A stretch of 61,992 bases of DNA, filler included, from Candidatus Zapsychrus exili (lineage in GTDB: Bacteria; Omnitrophota; Gorgyraeia; Zapsychrales; Zapsychraceae), in NCBI GenBank assembly GCA_030765585.1. It is 6 parts of 6 records of this genome, joined end to end, with 100 filler letters (N's around TTAATTAATTAA, not from the genome) between each part and the next. Parts side by side here need not be neighbours in the genome. Positions count along the whole stretch, not along the records: positions 29,866 to 43,663 come from JAVCCJ010000067.1; 5 more parts are not named here. One strand, given 5' to 3'. The position numbers and the translations under genes are program-made. Positions 31,724-38,401 of the stretch are shown here, piece by piece (position 1 is the stretch's first letter; every line of letters starts with the position of its first letter). The notes under the pieces are model-generated. The model ran no database searches. It was not told where the DNA came from and worked only from the letters and a program-made list of their open reading frames with translations.

Positions 31724-32875
31724 ATGCAAAAAAAATATGGATTATTAAGTAATAATAAAGATGATTCTGACGATTCTGAAACAAATCTAGCGGTCGCAAC
31801 ACCAAAAGAATGCCCTTATTGCAAAAGTAAAAAGATTACTAAAAGCGGTTTGCGTAAGAATAAATACATTGATGTCCAGTTATACGAATGTAGAGATTGC
31901 CAAAAACGATTCACTCCTGTCATAACAAAATATCGAAGTTATCCCCTTCAAGTTATTATTACCGCACTTACTCTTTACAATGAATTTTATTCTTTTAATG
32001 AGATCGCTAAAGCTGTAAGCGCGGAATTTGGTATAAATATTTCTGATAAGAATATAAAAAATTGGCTTAAAGATTTTAAGGAATATCTACCATTTTTACG
32101 TATGCGAGAATTTGCTAAAGATAAATTTAATCCAAAAGAGGCTATTGAACGTGTTCATATGTTTCATGGGCAGATATATGATTATCAATATCACAGGGCA
32201 AAGCTTCAAATGATATTAGAGGAAGATTTTAGGAATAATAAATTTAAACCTTTGCGAGAATTTCTTGATCTGGTTTCTGCGGAATGCCCACATCAAGTAT
32301 TTAAGGAAAGCTCACAACGCGCCTCTGAATTTAAAAATATTTTTAATATGGATCAAGTACGAATTACTCCAAAGGCCGGTAATATTGCTTGTCGTTCGGC
32401 TGGCTTTGTGCTTCAGGCAGTATCAAATAATAAAAAGCGCCATGAAACGCTTCAGAGATTTATGCTCGCAAACGATTCTGTAACAGTAGCGGTTGAGGTA
32501 CCAGTACTTTTAGATTCCGATGATTTAAGACATTTTCGCGACAGGCTTGGCTTTGATGTTCCACCTAAGCTCAATGACAAAGAGGTTATAACAGGGCATA
32601 TTGATTTATTGCAGATTAGAAATGGCTGTGTTCATATTTTAGATTATAAGCCTTCTGCAAAAAAGGTTAAACCGATAGAGCAATTAACGCTTTACGCACT
32701 CGCATTAAGCAGGCTTACAACACTTAGGTTGTTTCATTTTAAATGCACTTGGTTTGACAAAGAGGATTATTTTGAATTCTTTCCTTTACATGTTGTTTAT
32801 AAGAAAAGGAAGAAGAAGCGACCGGAAAAAATGCGAGGATTACCAGCACCAGATGTTGGTATAAGGCTTGCGTAG
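31724..32875 (+). CDS. Zn-ribbon + HTH + PD-(D/E)xK nuclease protein
   Basis: CPYC...CRDC (IS1/InsA-like ribbon), HTH-like segment, C-terminal EVP...TGHIDLLQ...ILDYKP...QLTLYA (RecB/Cas4-like). Confidence 0.8.
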   Translation: MQKKYGLLSNNKDDSDDSETNLAVATPKECPYCKSKKITKSGLRKNKYIDVQLYECRDCQKRFTPVITKYRSYPLQVIITALTLYNEFYSFNEIAKAVSAEFGINISDKNIKNWLKDFKEYLPFLRMREFAKDKFNPKEAIERVHMFHGQIYDYQYHRAKLQMILEEDFRNNKFKPLREFLDLVSAECPHQVFKESSQRASEFKNIFNMDQVRITPKAGNIACRSAGFVLQAVSNNKKRHETLQRFMLANDSVTVAVEVPVLLDSDDLRHFRDRLGFDVPPKLNDKEVITGHIDLLQIRNGCVHILDYKPSAKKVKPIEQLTLYALALSRLTTLRLFHFKCTWFDKEDYFEFFPLHVVYKKRKKKRPEKMRGLPAPDVGIRLA

Positions 32876-32966
32876 GGGCGGGGTCACCCCGCCCGAATGA
32901 TGCATACACAAATCAAATAAACGGGTTGGGAAACCCTGATAATGGGAGCGGAAACCGCGCCCGTAC
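32872..32966. repeat. GTAG-type REP doublet (REPIN-like)
   Basis: GTAGGGGCGGGGTCACCCCGCCC ... GGGAGCGGAAACCGCGCCCGTAC; its TAG is the stop codon of the upstream gene. Confidence 0.88.
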
Positions 32967-32970
32967 GAAT

Positions 32971-32999
32971 TTGACATTATTGATTAGATATGGTATATT
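32971..32999 (+). promoter_or_regulatory. sigma70 promoter of the ATPase gene
   Basis: TTGACA-N17-TATATT with TG extension. Confidence 0.7.
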
Positions 33000-33041
33000 A
33001 TAGTCATCGTATTGACTTAATTAATATGAATAGGGTTATTT

Positions 33042-34169
33042 ATGTACATAAAGCAAAAACAATTAGAAAATATTAAAAATCGCATTATTCCTTCAAAGGT
33101 ATTTATTATTTACGGTCCAAGAAGATGTGGAAAGACAACACTTCTTAATAAATATTTAAAAAGCGTTGATCAAAAGTATTTGATGGTAAACGGTGACGAC
33201 ATAACTGTTCAGTCTATCTTAAGCAGTCAATCTATTGAAAAATTAAAGAATTTTGTTGGCAATAATAGGCTTTTGGTTATTGATGAAGCGCAAAAAATAG
33301 AAAATATCGGTTTAAATTTAAAACTTATTATTGATAATATTGATAGTATTATTGTACTGGCGACAGGATCTTCGGCATTTGATTTAGCGCAAAAGATCGG
33401 AGAGCCTTTAACCGGCAGAAAATTATCATTTCAGTTGTTTCCTATTTCACAGTTAGAGCTTTCAAATATAGAAAATGTTGCGCAGACAAAATCTTTGATT
33501 GAAAGCAGATTGATTTACGGGTCATATCCGGAAGTAATTTTGCAAAATGATAATACTTGTCGTATTGAATACTTAAAAGAGGTGGTAGGGTCTTATCTTT
33601 ATAAAGATATTTTGGAGTTAGATAGTATTCGTAGCTCGGATAAATTGATACGTTTATTACAATTGCTTGCTTTTCAAATTGGTAAGACAGTTTCTTGCGC
33701 CGAATTAGGAAGTCAGCTTACAATGAGCAAGAATACTGTATCGCGATATTTAGATCTTCTTGAGAAATCTTTTGTGATTTTTAGAATAGGTGGATTTAGT
33801 CGCAATCTTAGAAAAGAGATTGCAAAGATATCTCGGTATTATTTTTATGATGTAGGTATCAGAAATGCTGTTATCAATAATTTTAATACCTTTGATATGC
33901 GAAATGATTTGGGTGAATTGTGGGAGAACTACATTATTGTAGAAAGAATAAAAAAACAGCAGTATACAGGTGTGTTTTCCAATAATTATTTCTGGCGCAC
34001 TTATGATCAAAAAGAAATAGATTGGATTGAGGAGCGTGATGGAAAATTGTATGGATATGAGATAAAGTGGAAAAATAGTTCAAATTGTCCTAAAGAGTTT
34101 AAACAATCTTACCCAAATTCAGAATATGAAACAATAAATCAGGATAATTATTTGTCGTTTATATGTTAA
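33042..34169 (+). CDS. AAA_14 ATPase with DUF4143 domain
   Basis: GPRRCGKTT, IDEAQ, TGSS, LTGR, YFYDVGIRN, GELWEN, EIDWI...EIK. Confidence 0.92.
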   Translation: MYIKQKQLENIKNRIIPSKVFIIYGPRRCGKTTLLNKYLKSVDQKYLMVNGDDITVQSILSSQSIEKLKNFVGNNRLLVIDEAQKIENIGLNLKLIIDNIDSIIVLATGSSAFDLAQKIGEPLTGRKLSFQLFPISQLELSNIENVAQTKSLIESRLIYGSYPEVILQNDNTCRIEYLKEVVGSYLYKDILELDSIRSSDKLIRLLQLLAFQIGKTVSCAELGSQLTMSKNTVSRYLDLLEKSFVIFRIGGFSRNLRKEIAKISRYYFYDVGIRNAVINNFNTFDMRNDLGELWENYIIVERIKKQQYTGVFSNNYFWRTYDQKEIDWIEERDGKLYGYEIKWKNSSNCPKEFKQSYPNSEYETINQDNYLSFIC

Positions 34170-34182
34170 TAAAAAGATTTCC

Positions 34183-34233
34183 GTAGGCCTGCCTGACTGC
34201 CTTTGGTAGAGGCGGGCAGGGGCGATTCACGAA
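34183..34233. repeat. GTAG REP half interrupted by a CCTG...CAGG mini-hairpin
   Basis: GTAGG[CCTGCCTGACTGCCTTTGGTAGAGGCGGGCAGG]GGCGATTCACGAA. Confidence 0.75.
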
Positions 34234-34715
34234 GAAATAAAAAAGAAGATTTTACAAAGTTGGGAGAGGTTAAAGTGCCTGGTATTGACTTAGGTACTTG
34301 GGAGCGCGATGGAATATCAGTTGACGCATTTGTTTATGCAGACATAGGGTCAGACCCTTCAGAATCAGAGGGTCTGACCCTAGATGATGTTGAGCTATTG
34401 CGTCGATTAGAACTTATGCCAATTACACATTGGAACTTTATAGATGATGATGATTACAATGAGCTGTATCCAGACAGACCTGTTTATCATATTGGTCCAG
34501 TAGCGCAAGATTTTTATAAGGCATTTGGATTAGGAAGCGCAGATACGCGCGTCAAATCAACTGATTTAGCTGGCGTGGCGCTTGCAGGAATAAAGGCATT
34601 AATTGCTCAGAACAAAGAATTACGTCAAAAATTAGACGCGCAACAAGAAGAGCTTCAGTTGCAACGAGAAATCAATACTAATTTTGAGTCCCGCTTAAAA
34701 GCGTTAGAGCAGTAG
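34203..34715 (+). CDS. Orphan peptidase S74-like intramolecular chaperone domain, probably a fragment
   Basis: SRRNKKEDF start, PITHWNF, HIGPVAQDFYKAFGLG, DLAGVALAGIKAL, coiled-coil ending ESRLKALE; TTG start lies inside a repeat. Confidence 0.78.
   Translation: MVEAGRGDSRRNKKEDFTKLGEVKVPGIDLGTWERDGISVDAFVYADIGSDPSESEGLTLDDVELLRRLELMPITHWNFIDDDDYNELYPDRPVYHIGPVAQDFYKAFGLGSADTRVKSTDLAGVALAGIKALIAQNKELRQKLDAQQEELQLQREINTNFESRLKALEQ
34345..34382. repeat. GGGTCAGACCC-family palindrome pair, in frame in the S74 ORF
   Basis: TAGGGTCAGACCCT-TCAGAATCAG-AGGGTCTGACCCTA, encoding IGSDPSESEGLTL. Confidence 0.85.
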
Positions 34716-34723
34716 AAATATCC

Positions 34724-34766
34724 AAAGGTACCTGCTTCTTTTTTGAAAAAAGAAGCAGGTACCTTT
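34724..34766. repeat. Perfect 21-bp inverted repeat left of RAYT-1
   Basis: AAAGGTACCTGCTTCTTTTTT-G-AAAAAAGAAGCAGGTACCTTT. Confidence 0.93.
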
Positions 34767-34771
34767 TTTAT

Positions 34772-34865
34772 TTGACATTTTTTGCAGAGTACTTATAATA
34801 TAAGAAATTAATAATTCCCCCAGAGACATATCGATTTCCCTCATAAATATTAGGAGGGATTTTTT
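34772..34865 (+). promoter_or_regulatory. Promoter and conserved leader of RAYT-1
   Basis: TTGACA (34772)-N16-TATAAT (34794), then TCCCCCAGAGA...TCGATTTCCCTC...AATATTAGGAGGGATTTTTT-ATG. Confidence 0.75.
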
Positions 34866-35504
34866 ATGCCTAGAAGGCCTAGACTGCAAGATGCTGGTTT
34901 TATTCATCATGTATTTTCAAGAGGAAATAATAGAGAGAAAATATTTAATTTTCAAGAAGATTTTCAGCGGATGATAGAGTTTATTATTGAAGCTCGAAAA
35001 AAACACGACGTATATCTGTACAATTATGTACTAATGGATAATCATCTACATTTTCTCATAGAACCTAAGAGTTACGGAAGTTTGACTCAATTCATGGAAT
35101 ATGTTTTAAAAAATTATGCAAAATATTTTAATTATCAGAATGATCGCGTTGGACATGTTTTTCAAGGCAGATATAAAGATTTAATTATTCAAACAGAAAC
35201 TTATTTTTTTAGATGTTTGTGCTATATTGATTATAATCCTGTAAAATCTGGATTAGTAAAAAATGCAGCAGAATATACTTTTTCAGGACACAATAGTTTA
35301 GCTTGGGGTAAAGAGAGCCAGATTAAGTTAGATTGTCACGATATATATAAAAAACTTGGCTTTACGGATAAAGAGCAACAACAAGTTTATAGAGAGATAT
35401 TACCTTCTTTTAGATATGATAATCTTAGCATTGAGAAGAAAAGAAGCTCCGTGTTGGGAGATAAAGATTTTAAAGATAAGATAAACAAGAAAATAAAAAG
35501 GTAA
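34866..35504 (+). mobile_element. REP-associated tyrosine transposase (Y1/HUH), RAYT-1
   Basis: MPRRPR, HVFSRGNNREKIF, YVLMDNHLHFL (HUH), GHVFQGRY, YIDYNPVKSG. Confidence 0.93.
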
Positions 35505-35508
35505 AGAG

Positions 35509-35553
35509 TAAAGGTACCTGCTTCTTTTTTAAGAAAAGAAGCAGGTACCTTTA
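35509..35553. repeat. Second copy of the AAAGGTACCTGCTTC inverted repeat, right of RAYT-1
   Basis: TAAAGGTACCTGCTTCTTTT-TTAAG-AAAAGAAGCAGGTACCTTTA. Confidence 0.93.
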
Positions 35554-35568
35554 AAAGGAGATATTATC

Positions 35569-35931
35569 ATGGTAAAAGTATTATTAGTTGGAAGTGGAGG
35601 GTTTATTGGCGCGGTATTGCGATATTTATCAGGAGTGGCAATATATCGATTTGCAAGCGCTGCACAATTTCCATACGCAACGCTTTTTGTAAATGTACTG
35701 GGATGTTTCTTGATTGGGTTTCTTATCAAGTCGCTTGGAGAATCATCATTATATTTATTTATTATAGTTGGAGTGCTTGGAGGATTCACAACATTTTCAT
35801 CTTTTAGCCTAGAAACGCTATCACTTTTAAATAATGGTGAGATAATCAAAGCTGCATCAAACGTTATCTTCAATGTGATTTTATGTCTTTTTGCAGTATG
35901 GCTGGGATATTATTTAAAAATTAAAATGTAA
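35569..35931 (+). CDS. crcB: Fluoride efflux channel
   Basis: GGFIGAVLRY, TLFVNVLG, GVLGGFTTFSSF. Confidence 0.95.
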   Translation: MVKVLLVGSGGFIGAVLRYLSGVAIYRFASAAQFPYATLFVNVLGCFLIGFLIKSLGESSLYLFIIVGVLGGFTTFSSFSLETLSLLNNGEIIKAASNVIFNVILCLFAVWLGYYLKIKM

Positions 35932-35938
35932 TACAGTA

Positions 35939-35971
35939 AGGGGTCGTACCCCCCCCAAGGGTACGACCCCT
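35939..35971. repeat. GGGGTC-type palindrome (variant of the GGGTCAGACCC family)
   Basis: AGGGGTCGTACCC-CCCCCAA-GGGTACGACCCCT. Confidence 0.8.
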
Positions 35972-35977
35972 ATTAAT

Positions 35978-36681
35978 ATGAAAATTAAATCTTACATATT
36001 CGATATGGACGGTGTTATCACAAACACTATGCCAGACCATTACAAATGTTGGCACGATATTTTCTTGCAAGAAGGAATTCGCACAACGCACGCCGAGGTC
36101 TATCTTCGCGAAGGACAGAAGGGAATAGATTCTGTATTAGAAATCTTTGCTGAGCACAATAAGCTATTACAAAACAAAAAGCAAAAGAGATTTTAAATAG
36201 AAAAGAGAAGATGTTTGGTAAACTTTTCGTAGGGGTGATTCCATGTAATCACCCAAATAAAAAAAGGGCGAAAACATGGTTTCGCCCGTACGAAACAAAT
36301 TTTATAGTTGGAGCGAGAACATTCTTAAAAGATTTAAAAAAGCAAGGCTTTAAGCTAGCACTTGTTACAGGGTCGGCACATAGTGAAATAAAAAAGATTC
36401 TTCCAGAAAGAATATATAACCTTTTTGAAGTCATTGTAACAGGGTCTGATGTGAAAAACGGAAAACCACATCCTGAGCCATATTTAAAGGCAATAAAGGC
36501 GCTTAAGATAAAAAAGACGCAAGCAATTGTTATAGAGAACGCACCTTTCGGAATTAAATCTGCAAAAACAGCAGGGCTGAAGTGTTATGCAATAGAAACG
36601 TCATTGCCAAAGAAATATTTAAAACAAGCAGATAAAATTTTTGAGAATATAAAATCTTTGCGTAGGGGCGATTCCGCGTAA
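35978..36681 (+). pseudogene. HAD-family phosphatase (beta-PGM-like), split by a 1-nt frameshift near 36161 and carrying an in-frame REP doublet
   Basis: FDMDGV in ORF 35978-36196; LVTGS, KPHPEPY, IENAPFG in ORF 36211-36681; the -1 frame reads AITKQKAKEILNRKEKMF across the join. Confidence 0.85.
36229..36291. repeat. GTAG REP doublet inside the HAD gene
   Basis: GTAGGGGTGATTCCATGTAATCACCC...GGGCGAAAACATGGTTTCGCCCGTAC; 63 nt encoding VGVIPCNHPNKKRAKTWFRPY. Confidence 0.9.
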
Positions 36682-36721
36682 TCGCCCAGTATAAAGGGCG
36701 AAAACATGGTTTCGCCCTTAC
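36662..36721. repeat. GTAG REP doublet overlapping the HAD stop codon
   Basis: GTAGGGGCGATTCCGCGTAATCGCCC...GGGCGAAAACATGGTTTCGCCCTTAC. Confidence 0.92.
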
Positions 36722-36725
36722 GAAT

Positions 36726-36823
36726 TTGACACAATAACATCTTTGATTTATAATATAATAAATCAATAAGGTCATCCCCCAGAGAAGAGTTCGATTTTCC
36801 CTCTAATATTAGGGGGATTTTTT
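36726..36823 (+). promoter_or_regulatory. Consensus promoter and conserved leader of RAYT-2
   Basis: TTGACA (36726)-N17-TATAAT (36749), then ATCCCCCAGAGA...TCGATTTTCCCTCTAATATTAGGGGGATTTTTT-ATG. Confidence 0.8.
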
Positions 36824-37378
36824 ATGCCTGCAATTTTTCTTCCCAAGCGCAAATCAGTTCGCCTCAAGCATTATGATTATAACCAAAAAGGTACATATTT
36901 TGTCACGATATGTGTATACGAGCATAGGCATTTGTTGTGGAACAAAATAAAGGGCGAAAACATGGTTTCGCCCGTACGATTGAATAAGATCGGTATGATG
37001 ATTGATAAATGGTGGCAAGAAATTTTTGAAAAATATAAAGATGAAATCAAGTTAGATGAATACATTATTATGTCAAATCATATTCATGGAATCATCCACA
37101 TCGTAGGGGCGATTCCGTGTAATCGCCCCAATAAATCAAATATAAAAAACACATACAATGGCATCGGCAAATACATTTCATGGTTTAAAAGAATGTCGAC
37201 AAATGAATATATTAAAAATGTTAAATTGAACAATTGGCCGCCATTTAATACCCGATTTTGGCAACGTAATTATTATGAACACGTAATAAGAGATGAGGAC
37301 GATTTATTGAGAGTGCGAGAATATATTATAAATAATCCTATAAATTGGGACAAAGATGAATATAATATAGAAAAATAA
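36824..37378 (+). mobile_element. REP-associated tyrosine transposase, RAYT-2, with two internal REP units
   Basis: RKSVRLKHYDY, YFVTIC, MSNHIHGII (HUH), FWQRNYYEHVIR, YIINNP; REPs at 36952-36977 and 37103-37128. Confidence 0.93.
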
Positions 37379-37389
37379 AGGAATAAAAT

Positions 37390-38247
37390 TTGAAAATATT
37401 ATTAACAAATGATGACGGGATTGAAGCAGAAGGGCTTTGGGCAATATACAAAGAACTAAAAAAGTTCGCAGACGTTATTGTTGTTGCGCCTGATACACAA
37501 AAAAGCTCTGTAGGTCATGGAATAACATTAGGTAAGCCAATTACACACAAAATCGTAGGGGCGAGGTCATCTCGCCCGAACGATAATAGACGCGGGAACG
37601 ATTTAAACGGGTCGGGAAACCCGACCCCTGCTTGGCATGCCATAGGCGGAACTCCGTCTGACTGTGTTAAATTTGCATTAAACGTTCTTCTTAAAAAAAA
37701 ACCAGACGCAGTTGTATCAGGAATAAACCTAGGCCCTAATGATGGACATAGTGTTTTTTATTCAGGAACTGTTGCAGGCGCGCGTGAAGGATCATTTGCC
37801 AATATACCATCTGTCGCACTTTCTCTTGCAACATTTAGAAAACCAGATTACAGTTATGCTGCAAAAGTTGGAGCAAAAATAGTAAAAATTATCGTAGGGG
37901 AGGGGTCGCCCCGCCCTTTATTCCCGGGCGCAGAAAAGTTAATGGGCGCGGAAACCGCGCCACTACTCAATGTAAACGTTCCAAATCTGCCTAAATCTAA
38001 GATAAAAGGGATAAAGAATACCTGCCAAGGCACAGTTCCGATTGTCGAGGTGTTTAAAAGGGGTCAGACCCCCTTGGGGTCAGACCCGATATATTATCTC
38101 TCCGGTAAACTTCCTAAAAAAAGAAATAATGATAATGAAGATACATATCTACTACAAAAAGGGTATGTTACGATTACACCGCTTCAAAATGATTTGACAG
38201 ACAATGAATTTTTACGTACGGGCATCCCCGCCCCTACCCGTACGTAA
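37390..38247 (+). CDS. surE: 5'/3'-nucleotidase SurE with three in-frame palindromic insertions
   Basis: ILLTNDDG, GTPSDCV, VVSGINLGPN, YSGTVAGA, NVNVP, VTITPL; repeats at 37555-37631, 37894-37966 and 38060-38087. Confidence 0.95.
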   Translation: MKILLTNDDGIEAEGLWAIYKELKKFADVIVVAPDTQKSSVGHGITLGKPITHKIVGARSSRPNDNRRGNDLNGSGNPTPAWHAIGGTPSDCVKFALNVLLKKKPDAVVSGINLGPNDGHSVFYSGTVAGAREGSFANIPSVALSLATFRKPDYSYAAKVGAKIVKIIVGEGSPRPLFPGAEKLMGAETAPLLNVNVPNLPKSKIKGIKNTCQGTVPIVEVFKRGQTPLGSDPIYYLSGKLPKKRNNDNEDTYLLQKGYVTITPLQNDLTDNEFLRTGIPAPTRT

Positions 38248-38322
38248 AAATTAACGAATAATGATATATTGTAGGGCTGGGTTTCCCAGCCTAATTAACG
38301 GGCGCGGAAACCCCGCCCCTAC
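38209..38322. repeat. Hairpin over the surE stop plus a GTAG REP doublet
   Basis: TTTTTACGTACGGG...CCCGTACGTAAAAA (loop contains CCCCGCCCCTAC); GTAGGGCTGGGTTTCCCAGCC (38271)...GGGCGCGGAAACCCCGCCCCTAC (38322). Confidence 0.85.
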
Positions 38323-38401
38323 GAAATTAATCCATTTTCCGCATTACATTTCTTTAATATATGATACAATTAATTTAGTATAAATATTAATATATATATC
38401 A

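Noticed and set aside
29866..32875. Diversity-generating retroelement suggested by the Avd-like gene next to a fibre gene
   Set aside because: No reverse transcriptase on the contig, and I found no TR/VR pair differing at adenines.
31724..32875. IS1/IS6-type insertion sequence
   Set aside because: The C-terminus is PD-(D/E)xK rather than DDE, and I saw no terminal inverted repeats or target duplication.
32872..38322. Repeats read as a CRISPR array with a Cas4-like gene
   Set aside because: Units are inverted doublets, irregularly spaced and variable, with no unique spacers of constant length and no cas1/cas2.
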